NCBI GenBank assembly: GCA_016187745.1
Contig: JACPJC010000003.1
Coordinates: 32,001 to 96,000 of the forward strand
Length of the DNA: 64,000 nt
Source of the DNA: Candidatus Iainarchaeum sp.
Lineage (GTDB): Archaea; Iainarchaeota; Iainarchaeia; Iainarchaeales; JAXPJC01
Direction of reading: 5' to 3'
Below are positions 1-11,015 of this stretch, piece by piece (positions within the stretch are counted from its first letter, which is position 1; the number at the start of each line of letters is the position of its first letter). The translations under genes were made by a program, and so were the position numbers. Below the pieces are notes generated by a model. The model worked only from the letters and a program-made list of their open reading frames with translations. It made no database searches and had not been told where the DNA came from.

Positions 1-1481
1 TTCCTGCGGAGCATATTAAATAAAACTGCCCTGTCCTGCGCATTTATTTCCCTTATTGCAAAGAGGATTGCTGCATAAAGCGCAGCAAGCGCAAGGTATT
101 TCACAACAAGGAGCGGCCCTGAAGCGCTCCAAATCGCGGAAATTCCATAAATCACTGCGCCTGAAAAAATAATTCTTATTGCGGATTTTAAACTCATTAG
201 AACCCCGAATTTCCTGTATATGTAAGCTGCAGAAATGCAGAACCCAAAAAACATTGAAACTAATGCTGCGAGGGCTGCGCCCGCAATTCCATAAATTGGA
301 ATTAGCGTATAATTAAAGGCAAATGCGAGCGCGAGCATGAATGCTGCAATGCCTGTTGCGATTTTGGGCTTCCCGGAACTCATTATTGATGTGGCAAGCA
401 CAAGGAACAGTGAGAAAAAGGCGATTGCAAACGGAAGAATCTGCAGGGCGATTGCGCCTTGCGCATATTTTGCGGAGTAAACAAGCACAATCAGCTGCTC
501 CGCTGTTGAGGAGAACAGGAAAACAATCGGCGCTAAAACAAGAAGGGAATAGCGCAGCGCGCTAGAGATATAGAATTTTGTTTTCCTTGAATCATTCTGC
601 GCCGAAGCGCCTGAAACCAGCGGAAAAAGGACTGCCGCAAATGCGACAACAATCATCTGGGGAAGCTTTGAGATTGTGGTTGCAGCAGCATAATAGCCCG
701 AAAGAAGCGCCGCGCTTGCAAGGGGGGAGAACGCCTTCACAGCAAACAAATCAATGTCTGTCCATAAATTTATCACAGCCGCAAACATTGTGACTGGCAA
801 TGCAAATTTAAGCAGTTCTGAAAATGCGAACGGCATTTCTTTTTTCTCAAATCTTGCAATGAGCAGCGCCGCAACCAATGCGAAGAAGGCAGCTACAACA
901 TAGCCTGTTATTGCGCCGAACAGCCCATATCCTACAAATGCGAATCCAAGGATGAAGAGGGCCTTGAAGGTATTGTAAATTATTGTCATGAGGGAATACT
1001 TCCCAAAATCCTTCAGCCCGTTCAGGCAGCCCGTGCATACTGAATAGATGGAAAACAGGAAGATTGAAAGTGCGGAAATTTCAATAAGCGGGGCAAGGCT
1101 TAAATCATTAAGCAGGATTGCAATCGGCCTTGCAAGCAGGAAAAACGCAACTGATGCGGCAAGGGAAATCGCGCCGAGTGCAACGAGCGCCCTTCTCTTT
1201 ATTGCGTATGCAAGCTCGTGCCTTGCGGAAACGAATTTTGAGATGCTCTGCTCTATTCCTGAGGCAAGGATTGAAACGACTATTGAAACAAGCGCGATTA
1301 CAATCGCATAATTCCCGAACTGCTCAGGCGTTAAGAGAAAGCGCGCGAGCGCAATGTAAATTATATAGCCTATCAGGAAGAAATAAAGCCTTGAAATCAC
1401 AACATAAAGGGTGCCCTTCTCAATGCTTGCGGGCTTGGGGTTCATAAGGGCATTTATGCCCTTATTTTCAATGCCGGACAT
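1..1481 (-). CDS. Oligosaccharide flippase (Wzx/MOP family), runs off the left edge
   Basis: Not in the ORF track because no stop lies in the window. Minus frame reads MSGIENKGINALMNPKPASIEKGTLYVVISR...ARFLLTPEQFGNYAIVIALVS with many TM segments; the L.PE.FG.Y motif is typical. Alternative start at 1445. Confidence 0.85.
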   Translation of the reverse strand, partial: MSGIENKGINALMNPKPASIEKGTLYVVISRLYFFLIGYIIYIALARFLLTPEQFGNYAIVIALVSIVVSILASGIEQSISKFVSARHELAYAIKRRALVALGAISLAASVAFFLLARPIAILLNDLSLAPLIEISALSIFLFSIYSVCTGCLNGLKDFGKYSLMTIIYNTFKALFILGFAFVGYGLFGAITGYVVAAFFALVAALLIARFEKKEMPFAFSELLKFALPVTMFAAVINLWTDIDLFAVKAFSPLASAALLSGYYAAATTISKLPQMIVVAFAAVLFPLVSGASAQNDSRKTKFYISSALRYSLLVLAPIVFLFSSTAEQLIVLVYSAKYAQGAIALQILPFAIAFFSLFLVLATSIMSSGKPKIATGIAAFMLALAFAFNYTLIPIYGIAGAALAALVSMFFGFCISAAYIYRKFGVLMSLKSAIRIIFSGAVIYGISAIWSASGPLLVVKYLALAALYAAILFAIREINAQDRAVLFNMLRR

Positions 1482-1482
1482 T

Positions 1483-2769
1483 TTAATGACCGATCCCTTT
1501 GTAAATAATGCCCTTTGCGGTTATTGCGCTTTTATCAAGGCAGTTGCGCGCGTCAATCACCGCCTTTACACCCATTGATTTGAGCTTTTGTGCAGTAAGC
1601 GCAGAAACAAATTCCTTGTGGTGCGTTGCAAGTATTATGCAGTCTGCATTTTTAATTGCGGCATCAATTGAAGCGCAATTGCTTTTTTCCATTATGTGCG
1701 GGTCGAATATTTTCGGGGACGCGCCCTTTGATTTTAGCAGCTGCAGAATGTGGAGCGCGGGGCTTTCGCGCATGTCATCAACGTTTGCTTTATATGCCAG
1801 GCCCAGGAGCGCAATATTTGAATTCTGAAGTGTTTTATCTGATTTTTGCAATGCGCTTTCGGCAAGCAAAACAACGTGCCCGGCCATTGAGTCGTTTATT
1901 TTTCTTGCGAGCATCAGGAACTCGTGCTCAAACCCCTTTTGTTTGGCGCGCTCAATAAGATAATAGGGGTCAACGCTTATGCAGTGCCCTCCGACTCCGG
2001 GGCCTGGGTAAAAGGGCATATAGCCGAAGGGCTTTGTGCTTGCGCCCTTTATAACTTCAAGCACATCAATCCCCAGCCTGTCAAATGATTTTGCAAGCTC
2101 ATTCACAAATGCGATATTCACATCGCGGAAGGTGTTTTCAACAACTTTTACTGCCTCTGCGCATTCGATTGAGCTTAGGACAAGTATTTCTGATTTGAGT
2201 ATTGAGTTATAGAATTTTTCAGCGATTTTTGTTCCTTTGCCGCCCAGTCCGCCCAGAACGCGCGGAATGCTCTCCAAAACCCATTTCTTGTTCCCAGGGT
2301 CAATGCGTTCGGGGCAGTGCGCAAGATAAAAATCCTTTTCGGAGATTAGGCCAGATTTCTCCAGGATCGGCTTTACGATTTCGCGGACTGTTCCGGGATA
2401 AATTGTTGACTCAATAATTATCAGCTGTCCTTTATGGAGATGCTGCGCAATTGACCTGCATGCGCTTTCCAGGGGCTTCAAATCAGGAAGCTTGTTTTCA
2501 TCAATTGGAGTTGGAACGCACACAACAACAACATCTGCATTTGAGATTGCTTTTTGGGCATCTGTTGTTGCAATGATCTTTCCTTTGAGCGCCTTGACAT
2601 TTTTAACAAGGGAAGCATCCGCAATATGGCTTTTCCCTGAGTTTGTGGCTTTTACAATTGCTTCATCTATGTCAAATCCATAAACCTTGAAATTGCGCCT
2701 GGCGCACAGGCAGGCAAGTGGCAGGCCGACATATCCCAGGCCGATTATTGCAACAGTCTGCTTCGCCAT
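1483..2769 (-). CDS. UDP-N-acetyl-hexosamine 6-dehydrogenase (WecC/WbpA family)
   Basis: GLGYVGLP, CVPTP, ESTIYPGT, PERIDPG, catalytic GPGVGGHCI, GLAYK..D.RESP. Confidence 0.92.
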   Translation of the reverse strand: MAKQTVAIIGLGYVGLPLACLCARRNFKVYGFDIDEAIVKATNSGKSHIADASLVKNVKALKGKIIATTDAQKAISNADVVVVCVPTPIDENKLPDLKPLESACRSIAQHLHKGQLIIIESTIYPGTVREIVKPILEKSGLISEKDFYLAHCPERIDPGNKKWVLESIPRVLGGLGGKGTKIAEKFYNSILKSEILVLSSIECAEAVKVVENTFRDVNIAFVNELAKSFDRLGIDVLEVIKGASTKPFGYMPFYPGPGVGGHCISVDPYYLIERAKQKGFEHEFLMLARKINDSMAGHVVLLAESALQKSDKTLQNSNIALLGLAYKANVDDMRESPALHILQLLKSKGASPKIFDPHIMEKSNCASIDAAIKNADCIILATHHKEFVSALTAQKLKSMGVKAVIDARNCLDKSAITAKGIIYKGIGH

Positions 2770-4218
2770 TTATTTCTCCGAGAATATTTTAAGGTTGCTA
2801 AGCCCCATCCTCAAAACCTGCAGGGGGGACCTGTGGTAATAGGACATCTGGAAATAGCCAAAGCTCAGTATGAATACCCAGTCAAAGAGTTTATTGCCTG
2901 GCAGTTTTATGAGCTGCCTTATTATAGGGGTTGTGAAGGGAAATTTCACCGCAATATAGAAGAACTTGTGCAGGTTAACCAGTTTCCCAATGTCCTTCTG
3001 CTTGAGAAGGCTTCTTGTGAAATAAGTTGTTGGGAAGCACGAGGGATCGGCATCCGGAATTATTTTTTTCTCAATCATGTCCTTTGTAATGTCCAGAAGG
3101 GGATAGGGCTGGAACACAGAGCACCAGACAAAATCAGTCCCAATCTGCTGGTTAAGCTTTACGGTTTCAAATCCCTGCTCAAGCGTTTCCCCAGGAAGGC
3201 CGAGCATATTTGTTGTGAGGAATTTGAGCTTGTGCTGCTTCAGGAGCTTTGCTGATTCAATCAGCTTTGCATTCGGGATGTTCTTTCTCAGAATTCCGTT
3301 GCGCAGCTCCTCGCTCCCTGTTTCTAATCCAACGCAAACCCTGTAGCAGCCGGCGTTTTTCAGGTTCAGCACCATTTCATCAGTCAGCAAATCAAGCCTG
3401 ACGCTGCATATGAAGGGAATTCCAATGCGCTTTTTATATTGGGCAAGGAAATCATAGAGCCAGGTTTTTTCAAGAGTGAAAAGCTCATCAACAAATGTGA
3501 AGAATTGGGGGCTGTATTTTGACTTTACCTCCTCAAGTTCCTCAATAACGTTCTGAACGCTACGCTTCCTTACGAATTTTCCCTTTCCCTTGTACATCTC
3601 CCTGAAGACATGGCTGTAGCAGAAGCTGCAGTTGAAGGGGCAGTTCCTTCCTGCGAGGGCATCAATTGAGGTTGCATTATCAAAATAGTGGTATTTGTCA
3701 TACAATGCGCGGTCTGCGAATGGAAGCGAGTCCAAATCCTCAACAAGCTCTCCAACGCCGTTCTTGTAGATTTTGCCCTTCTTTTTCACCCACAGCCCGG
3801 GGATGTTTGTGGGAATATTTGCAATGCCGGGCTTTTTCTCGAGTTTTTTGCAGAGCTCAAGCATCGGGATTTCCCCTTCCCCTACGCAGATTATGTCAAC
3901 ATCATTTTCATTTATCGTTTTTTCAGGGAAGAGCGTTGGATGAATGCTCCCGAAAACTATCGGAACATCTGGAAGCTCGCGCTTGAGCTTCCTTGCGGTT
4001 TCAATCGCCCATTCAAATTCCCCGGTTGCGGTAAGGCAGGAAAAAGCAACAACATCCGGACTTGAATTCTTTATCGAATCAACAATGTCCTTCTCATGGA
4101 ACTCCATAAAGAGCTCTGTCCCGTGGCCGTTCTTTTTAAGTACGGCGGAAATTGACATTGTGCCGAAATAGGAGTAAAATGTCTTCTGCACAAACGCGAC
4201 TTTCACCATTTTTACCAC
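2770..4218 (-). CDS. Cobalamin-binding radical SAM protein
   Basis: N-terminal B12-binding-like domain (GSIHPT, VGEGE), CPFNCSFC, GLETGS. Confidence 0.9.
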   Translation of the reverse strand: MVKMVKVAFVQKTFYSYFGTMSISAVLKKNGHGTELFMEFHEKDIVDSIKNSSPDVVAFSCLTATGEFEWAIETARKLKRELPDVPIVFGSIHPTLFPEKTINENDVDIICVGEGEIPMLELCKKLEKKPGIANIPTNIPGLWVKKKGKIYKNGVGELVEDLDSLPFADRALYDKYHYFDNATSIDALAGRNCPFNCSFCYSHVFREMYKGKGKFVRKRSVQNVIEELEEVKSKYSPQFFTFVDELFTLEKTWLYDFLAQYKKRIGIPFICSVRLDLLTDEMVLNLKNAGCYRVCVGLETGSEELRNGILRKNIPNAKLIESAKLLKQHKLKFLTTNMLGLPGETLEQGFETVKLNQQIGTDFVWCSVFQPYPLLDITKDMIEKKIIPDADPSCFPTTYFTRSLLKQKDIGKLVNLHKFFYIAVKFPFTTPIIRQLIKLPGNKLFDWVFILSFGYFQMSYYHRSPLQVLRMGLSNLKIFSEK

Positions 4219-4302
4219 ATCAATATGTTATTTATCCGACAAATGTTTTTAAACCAAAACAATCTAATACAATCATCAAATCCGTGAATTCCATTTCACT
4301 TT

Positions 4303-6180
4303 TTATGCCTTCCTGAGCAGAATCACCCCGTCCTCATTCACGAGAACTTTGTAATCCGCATCATTAAGCAATTCCTGCAGCCTTTCCTTCGCGCTTCCGG
4401 CGCTCGCATGCGCCTTTATTGTGGTATCAACAAGCACGTAATCCGCCTTTTCGAGATTCTCCGGGAAATAATAAACCTCGCGCCTGCTGGAAAGATGCGC
4501 AGCGAGGAATGAATCCGTGCTTACAACGGCCTCTTGGGGAATTTCCGAGATTGCATCCAGGAGCAGAACATGGTGCGGGGTTATTGTATAATTCTCAATA
4601 TTGAATGACGCTTCATTCGGCGCGAAATCAAGCAAACCCAGGGGGCTCGGGCCGAAGAATATTGCAGAAAGAATGCTGAATGAAAGCAGGGAAAGCGCGA
4701 TTGCGCGCGAGGCATGCGCGGCATTGAAATATCCGCTTAGGAATTTTTTCAGGCGCGCGTAGCCGAAAATTGCGGCAATGAAAACGAAGGGAATCAGCTC
4801 CGCATTGTACTGGAAATAAATTGTTGCGTGCTGGGGGAATGCGCTCAGGAGATTCAGGGCAAAGGTTGATGCGGGAACAAGCATTGCGCCGCTCAGAAGC
4901 GAGAGGAATGCAACAGGCACAAAGAGCAGGAGCAAATAGCCGATGTCCTGCGCCGTTGTCGCCTCCTTAATTACCATTAATGGATTTGAAATCATTGTTC
5001 CAATTACTTCTGCAGGGGAATCTCCGAACTGGAAGAAGGGGTTTTGCGTTCCCCCAATGTACTGATAGGGCCTTCCGAGCGCGGGAATTGCAACAAATAC
5101 CGCAAGCAGGAACCATATTACCGAAACTGCGCAAATGAGCATGCCTATTTTCTTTTTTCCCATTGCAAAAATCGCATAAATTCCGAGGAAGAATGCGACA
5201 ACGGCAACAGTTTCCCTTACCGCAAGCGAGAAGAAGAGGAAAACCGCGAATTTCCTGTAATCCGAAGTGTAGAGGTAATAAAACGCAAAGAGCATAAGGG
5301 GAATCACAAATGCCATTGCCTGGAATTCAGCGAGATTTATGAACTGCAGCGCCGGATACAGCAAGTAGGAAACTGCAATTGCAAATGCGGCAAATCTGCA
5401 GTTCAGAACCTTCCTTGCAAGCATGAAAATCGGAAGCGCTGCAATTGAAATGAAGACGGTCTGTATGAAGTAAAGGCTCAGTGCGTTCTGCATCAGCGCA
5501 TAAACCGGCAGGATGAAAAGCAGTATGAGGAAGAAATGGTCCCCTAAAAGAACCTGATTGCCCAGCTCGAGCGTGCGCGTTGTTACCATGAAATTCCCGT
5601 GCAGGGTATTCCACATCGCCTGGTTGAAAATCCACAAATCAGGGGCCGGGGTCTTGAATGTGAAATAGCGCAGGTAGGAAAGTATCAGGAACACAACAAA
5701 ATAAACTGCAATTGCGGCAATTAATGGGATTTTCCAGTCCATTTCCCTTGCACCCGCAAATTTGCCTGAATCGAATATCTTCCCGAGGGAAACCAGAACC
5801 TTCAGGAAAACAAACAGCGAAAGCGCAATTACGAGCAATAATTTAGTGAAGAGGTTGTATGCGAGCCCGGCAATATTTATCCCTAGCGCCATTGTAGTGT
5901 CATTCGGGACTGAGGAAAATGGGTTTATGAGAACAAAGAGAAGGATAATGAAGGGGAGGAAAGCAAGCGAGTCCTTAACAAGCGCTTCGCTGAAATCCTG
6001 ATTTGTAAATCTTGAAATTAAATGCGAATAGGCAATCCAGGCAATGAGGAAAACCGGAATTGAGAATGAGAAGGCAATAAGCGCATCAACTGCGAGCGCA
6101 CTTTTTATGAAAATTCCTGCAGAAATTGAGGCAAGCAGCACAACAACGAACGCAAGCAACAGGGGAGAATTAATCTTCAT
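4303..6180 (-). CDS. DUF2079-like multi-pass membrane protein (putative GT-C glycosyltransferase)
   Basis: DL.IFNQA.WN, LGDHF, many TM helices. Confidence 0.75.
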   Translation of the reverse strand: MKINSPLLLAFVVVLLASISAGIFIKSALAVDALIAFSFSIPVFLIAWIAYSHLISRFTNQDFSEALVKDSLAFLPFIILLFVLINPFSSVPNDTTMALGINIAGLAYNLFTKLLLVIALSLFVFLKVLVSLGKIFDSGKFAGAREMDWKIPLIAAIAVYFVVFLILSYLRYFTFKTPAPDLWIFNQAMWNTLHGNFMVTTRTLELGNQVLLGDHFFLILLFILPVYALMQNALSLYFIQTVFISIAALPIFMLARKVLNCRFAAFAIAVSYLLYPALQFINLAEFQAMAFVIPLMLFAFYYLYTSDYRKFAVFLFFSLAVRETVAVVAFFLGIYAIFAMGKKKIGMLICAVSVIWFLLAVFVAIPALGRPYQYIGGTQNPFFQFGDSPAEVIGTMISNPLMVIKEATTAQDIGYLLLLFVPVAFLSLLSGAMLVPASTFALNLLSAFPQHATIYFQYNAELIPFVFIAAIFGYARLKKFLSGYFNAAHASRAIALSLLSFSILSAIFFGPSPLGLLDFAPNEASFNIENYTITPHHVLLLDAISEIPQEAVVSTDSFLAAHLSSRREVYYFPENLEKADYVLVDTTIKAHASAGSAKERLQELLNDADYKVLVNEDGVILLRKA

Positions 6181-6970
6181 TTTTTCCTCCGGCTTTTTTC
6201 TTCCTTGCGATTATCATTATGTCAATGCTTGTCCTGCTGTTTTTGAAAAGTTTTTCATCAGTTTCAATTATGAAATCCCTTATCTTCGCAAGCGCCTTCG
6301 GGGGCTTTTTGTCCCTTCTTATTATTGGCGCCTTTCCGGATTCTGCCTTGTTGGAATAGTCAGTTTTTACAAGCGGCTGGAGCATCTGGCTCAAATAGTT
6401 CTCGCACAATCCAAGAAGATAATGGCTGAGGAACCTGATTTCGATTATTTCAAAGCCGTTCTTCCCGAACAATCTTTTAAGCTCAGTATAATCATAGGCG
6501 CGCTTGTCGCCATAGCCATAAACCCCGAGAGGGAGATGCTTCTTGAAAAGGGTTTCAAGAACCGCATTTATCGGATCGAAAGTAAAGGGGTATTTTTTCT
6601 GCGGGACCGTTATTATTGCCTCCCCGCTTCCCTTAAGCACGCGGCGCATTTCCCTTATCGCTTTTGCGTCGTCATCAACATGCTCCAGGACTTCCGAGCA
6701 TATTATTTTGTCAAATGTGCTGCTTTTGAAGGGAAGCCTTTCGGCATTTGCAACAAGGAATTCCGCATTTCTAATCCCGCTCTTTCGCGCAATCCCAATG
6801 TCGCTTGAATTTGTGTCTATTCCTGTGAGTGAAGCGAATTTTTTCTGCAATTTCCCCTCCAGCAGGCCGTCGGAGCAGCCGATTTCAAGGAGCTTTTTCC
6901 CTGAGCCCGCGGCCTCCGCAAGATTGCTCATCCTGTTGTAGAAGCTTGGAGCTAATTCCTTGAGGCTCAT
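6170..6970 (-). CDS. Class I SAM-dependent methyltransferase
   Basis: LLEIGCSDG, LPF..FD.I.CSEVLEH. Confidence 0.9.
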   Translation of the reverse strand: MSLKELAPSFYNRMSNLAEAAGSGKKLLEIGCSDGLLEGKLQKKFASLTGIDTNSSDIGIARKSGIRNAEFLVANAERLPFKSSTFDKIICSEVLEHVDDDAKAIREMRRVLKGSGEAIITVPQKKYPFTFDPINAVLETLFKKHLPLGVYGYGDKRAYDYTELKRLFGKNGFEIIEIRFLSHYLLGLCENYLSQMLQPLVKTDYSNKAESGKAPIIRRDKKPPKALAKIRDFIIETDEKLFKNSRTSIDIMIIARKKKAGGKNED

Positions 6971-6978
6971 GTTTTTCC

Positions 6979-8391
6979 CTAATAAAAGTCCTGCCTTGCT
7001 TTTTCCGCGGGCCTGCCCATCACATATGCCGCAAGCTTGAAGGCGTTTGAGATGCTTTCAATCGGCTTTGATGCGAAATACTTTATTGCATGCAGCGCAT
7101 AAGAGGGCCTGAAATAGAAGGCGCGGTAGAACTCCTTTTCCCTTCTTATCAGCCTGGCGTCAATCGCGCTGTCAAGGAATTTGTTCTCATATGGGAAAAG
7201 GGAAAAGGCAACTTCATTCTTCATCCCCTCAAAGAGCTCTGTTCCGGGGTATGGAATAAGGCTTGAGACAAGCACAAAATCAAGGTCAAGGGATTTTGCA
7301 ATTTCAATGCTCTTTCTGAAGTCCTCTTCGGATTCCTGCGGGGCAACCATAAAAAAGCCTGTTGATTCTATCCCGGAGTCCTTTACAATTCTTATTTTAT
7401 TTTTTAATTCATCTGTTTTGTATCCCTTTTTGTAAAAATCCAGGATGCGCTGCGATCCGGATTCAATTCCTATAAGGACGCGCACGCAGCCTGCCTTTTT
7501 CATCCATCCAAAAACTTCTTTGTCAATCGTATCAACGCGCGAAAAGCAGCTCCATTTCATTTTTATTTTTCTCTCAACAATGCCCCTGCACACGTCAATT
7601 ATGCGCTTCTTGTTGGCATTGAAAGTGTCATCAAAGAACCTGAAGCTTTTTATCCCCAATGCGGAAATGAATTCTATTTCCTCCAGTACCTTTTCCGCGC
7701 TTCTTTCCGCGAACTGCCTTCCGTAAGTGTGGACGCAGTAATTGCATGCGAACGGGCAGCCGCGCGAGGTCTGCAGGACGGTGAATGGCTTATCCATGAG
7801 CACCTCGCTGTATTTTTCGAGCTTGAGAAGCTCGTGCGCGGGGAGTGGAAGCTCGTCAAGATTTTTTATGCGCCCCCTCTGCGCATTTACTGTTATTTTG
7901 TTTTTCGCTCTGAAGGCAAGGCCTTTAATGCCGGAATAAGATTTGTTTTTCTGCAGGCAGTCATAAAATTCAGAGAATGTAATGTCAGGCTCATTTAGGA
8001 GAATGAAATCAATGTCTGAATTTTTCAGCGTTTCTTTCGGGAAGAGCGTCGGGTAATGGCCGAAGCAGCCGATTTTCGCTTTTGGGAATGCGCTTTTGAG
8101 CGCGCCCAGCGCCTCCATGTCCTGCTGGAATACTTCAAATCCCGTAAGCGAAACAAGAAGCCCGGGGTTGAACTGCCTCAGGCGCGCAATGACCTGCTGC
8201 AGGTCAATATTTTCAGCAACCGCATCAATAAGGAGAGTTTCCGCGTTCTTAACGCGCTTTGCAATTCCCGCAAGCGCCATCAGCTCTATTGGGGGAAATA
8301 ATGAATTCGGGGAATTGTATGAGCACATGTAGCGCCTGAAAACCCTTTCAGCGCTCGGAAGATTCAAGAGAACAACATTCATAAAATTCAC
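6979..8391 (-). CDS. Cobalamin-binding radical SAM protein
   Basis: TSRGCPFACNYC, FFDDTF, GIESGS. Confidence 0.9.
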   Translation of the reverse strand: MNFMNVVLLNLPSAERVFRRYMCSYNSPNSLFPPIELMALAGIAKRVKNAETLLIDAVAENIDLQQVIARLRQFNPGLLVSLTGFEVFQQDMEALGALKSAFPKAKIGCFGHYPTLFPKETLKNSDIDFILLNEPDITFSEFYDCLQKNKSYSGIKGLAFRAKNKITVNAQRGRIKNLDELPLPAHELLKLEKYSEVLMDKPFTVLQTSRGCPFACNYCVHTYGRQFAERSAEKVLEEIEFISALGIKSFRFFDDTFNANKKRIIDVCRGIVERKIKMKWSCFSRVDTIDKEVFGWMKKAGCVRVLIGIESGSQRILDFYKKGYKTDELKNKIRIVKDSGIESTGFFMVAPQESEEDFRKSIEIAKSLDLDFVLVSSLIPYPGTELFEGMKNEVAFSLFPYENKFLDSAIDARLIRREKEFYRAFYFRPSYALHAIKYFASKPIESISNAFKLAAYVMGRPAEKARQDFY

Positions 8392-8405
8392 TTAAGCATA
8401 ATTCC

Positions 8406-9869
8406 CTAATGCCCCATTTTCACTATTACCTTGAAGCCTCTCCAGTAGCGCACCAGATCAAAAAGGCTTCTTGCCGAGAAGAGCTCCCTGAGCATGTAGC
8501 CGGGGCGCAGATAGAAATCCTTGTGCGCTTTTACAACGCAGTTGCGCAATTCATCCTCGGTCATGTCCTTCGGAACATAGGCGAATTTCGTTTCCCCGTC
8601 AATGCTCGGGTTGTAATTCGTGTAATCGTCGTGCAGGATTTTCCCCTCGCGCCTTGCAATCTCATAGAGGTCGTTTCCGGGAAGAAGGGTAACATTGTAG
8701 AATGTAACGACATCAAGCGGGAGGGATTTTGCAAATTCAACGGTTTCATGGATTGTTTCCTTTGTCTCTCCGGGCATTCCAAAAACAAAATATGCGCGCG
8801 TTCCCATTCCCGCCTTTTTTGTCCAGTTTATCGCGTTCCTGCTCTGCTCAAGCGTAATGCCCTTGCGCATTATATTGAGGATTTTCTGCGAGCCGGATTC
8901 CAATCCAAAGGAAATCTGCCAGCAGCCAGCTTCCTTCATTTTTTTCAGGAGCACAGGAGAAACATGGTTCACGCGCGTAATCGCCGTCCATATCACTCCC
9001 AGCTTGCGCCTTATTATTTCGTCGCATATTGCAATCGTGCGCTTCTCGTCAAAAGTAAAGGTATCATCAAAAAACCTGACTTCCTTAACCCCATAATCCT
9101 TTACCATCTGCCCTATCTCATCAACAACATTTTTCGGGCTTCTCATCCTCACAGTATTGCCGAAAATCCTCTTGTCGCAGAATATGCAGCGGTAGGGGCA
9201 GCCGCGGCTTGACATCAGATGCATGTAAGGGAGCTTCCTGCAGGACGCGGGAACAGGGGAATACTTTTCAGGCCCGGGAAACAAATGGCGCGCGGGAAAC
9301 GGGACGGAATCAAGGTCCTGTATGTAAGGGCGGGGCGCTGCAAAAACAAGCTTGCTGGATTTGTCCCTGAAGACGGTTCCCTTTATATCCTTCAATATTG
9401 CAGGAGTGAGTTTTCCTTTTGCTTTTCTCATTGCCTGCGCAATCTCAAGTGTTGTGTATTCCCCCTCCCCTATAACCCCGATATCAAAGCAACTGTTCTG
9501 CATCGCTTCTTTCGGGAGGGCAGTAACGTGCGCGCCCCCAAGGGTTATTATTGCATTGGGAATTTCCTTCTTTATGTTCTGCGCAGCCTCTATTGTGGGC
9601 ATTATGAAGAGCGTTGTTGAAGTAAATCCAATCAAATCCGGGGCGTCCTTTTTCAATTCCGCAACAAGCGCATCAGTGCCCATTTGCGTCGGCAGGCAGT
9701 CAATTATTTTAACATTGAAGCCGTTCTGCTCCAATACTGCCGCAACATACCCTATCCCAAGCGGAGGGAGAATATTTGCAATTTCCTCAAAGCTTGCCTG
9801 CAGCATGCGCCTGCTCATCGGCGCATTCACAAGCACTATTTTCGGATAGCTTTCGGCCATATTCATCAT
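8406..9869 (-). CDS. Cobalamin-binding radical SAM protein
   Basis: PPLGIGYVAA, GGAHVT, GEGE, SSRGCPYRCIFC, GLESGS. Confidence 0.92.
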   Translation of the reverse strand: MMNMAESYPKIVLVNAPMSRRMLQASFEEIANILPPLGIGYVAAVLEQNGFNVKIIDCLPTQMGTDALVAELKKDAPDLIGFTSTTLFIMPTIEAAQNIKKEIPNAIITLGGAHVTALPKEAMQNSCFDIGVIGEGEYTTLEIAQAMRKAKGKLTPAILKDIKGTVFRDKSSKLVFAAPRPYIQDLDSVPFPARHLFPGPEKYSPVPASCRKLPYMHLMSSRGCPYRCIFCDKRIFGNTVRMRSPKNVVDEIGQMVKDYGVKEVRFFDDTFTFDEKRTIAICDEIIRRKLGVIWTAITRVNHVSPVLLKKMKEAGCWQISFGLESGSQKILNIMRKGITLEQSRNAINWTKKAGMGTRAYFVFGMPGETKETIHETVEFAKSLPLDVVTFYNVTLLPGNDLYEIARREGKILHDDYTNYNPSIDGETKFAYVPKDMTEDELRNCVVKAHKDFYLRPGYMLRELFSARSLFDLVRYWRGFKVIVKMGH

Positions 9870-9885
9870 TTAATTCTGCGTGCAA

Positions 9886-10998
9886 TTAAGGTGTTGTGGT
9901 ACAAAATTCCCTTATTGCATTTGCAACGTGTTCAATCTGCTCGCGCGCCAGTTCAGGATACATTGGCAATGAGAGGATTTTCTTTGAAATTGCCTCCGCA
10001 TTCGGGAACGAGCCTTCCTTGTAGCCAAGGTCCTCATATGCGGGCTGCAGATGGATTGGGGTCGGATAATGGATTCCTGTTGAAATGCCCTTTCCCTCAA
10101 GGAATGTTTTCAGCTCGTCCCTTCTCTCCGCCTGGATTGCATATAGATGGAAAACGTGCTTCACGTAGCTTTTTTCTTTCGGCAGGGTTATTTTTGATTC
10201 CAGGTTTTTCAGAAGCTCGTTGTATAATTTTGCATTGTTTCTCCTTGCCTCGGTCCATTCATCGAGCTTCTTGAGCTTTGCATTCAGTATTGCGCCCTGG
10301 AAGCCCTCCATCCTGTAATTGTAGCCGATGTCATTGTGGACGTTCTTGGGCCTTTCATAGTGCGCGCGGAGCAATTTTACCTTGTCTATCAGCTCATCAT
10401 CGCTGCTCACGACAATTCCCGCTTCGCCGAATGCACCCAGATTCTTTGTGGGATAGAAGGAAAAGCATCCCGTTCCGGCAACAGGGATTTTTTTGCCCCT
10501 GTAAACCGCATTGTGCGCCTGGCAGCAGTCCTCTATCACGCGCAGGTCGTGCTCATCCGCGAAATCAACAATCTCATCAACATCCGCGGGCTGGCCGTAC
10601 AAATGCACGGGCACAATTGCCTTTGTTCTCTTGCTTAATGCGCCATCAAGCTGCCTGAAATCAAGGTTGTAGGTTTCAGGGTCCACATCAACGAATTTTG
10701 GAACTGCGCCGCAGAGTGAAATTGCCTCAGCAGTTGCGAAAAAGCTGAAGGGGGTGGTTATAACCTCATCCCCGGGCCTTACGCCTGCCGCAATGAGCGC
10801 AAGCTGCAAAGCAGCAGTGCCTGAATTTGTTGCTGCCGCGTGCTCGTAGTTGCAGAACGCCGCGAAATTCCTCTCGAATTCCTCAACATATTTTCCGAGA
10901 ACGAATGCGCCGTCATCCAGCACATTCTGTATTGCGGAATCAACTTCCTGCTTTACAGAATTATAGTTTGCCTTCAAATCAATTATTGGTACGTTCAT
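9886..10998 (-). CDS. DegT/DnrJ/EryC1/StrS PLP-dependent sugar aminotransferase (WbpE-like)
   Basis: NSGTAAL, PVHLYG, EDCCQA, SFYPTKNLGAFGE; start set at ATG 10998 after AGGAGGAG. Confidence 0.93.
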   Translation of the reverse strand: MNVPIIDLKANYNSVKQEVDSAIQNVLDDGAFVLGKYVEEFERNFAAFCNYEHAAATNSGTAALQLALIAAGVRPGDEVITTPFSFFATAEAISLCGAVPKFVDVDPETYNLDFRQLDGALSKRTKAIVPVHLYGQPADVDEIVDFADEHDLRVIEDCCQAHNAVYRGKKIPVAGTGCFSFYPTKNLGAFGEAGIVVSSDDELIDKVKLLRAHYERPKNVHNDIGYNYRMEGFQGAILNAKLKKLDEWTEARRNNAKLYNELLKNLESKITLPKEKSYVKHVFHLYAIQAERRDELKTFLEGKGISTGIHYPTPIHLQPAYEDLGYKEGSFPNAEAISKKILSLPMYPELAREQIEHVANAIREFCTTTP

Positions 10999-11015
10999 TT
11001 TAACTCCTCCTAAAT

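Noticed and set aside
6044-10658. Long plus-strand ORFs (e.g. 6044-6808, 8409-9212, 9684-10274)
   Set aside because: Antisense shadows of well-supported minus-strand genes with no recognisable motifs; the same applies to most short overlapping ORFs in the track.
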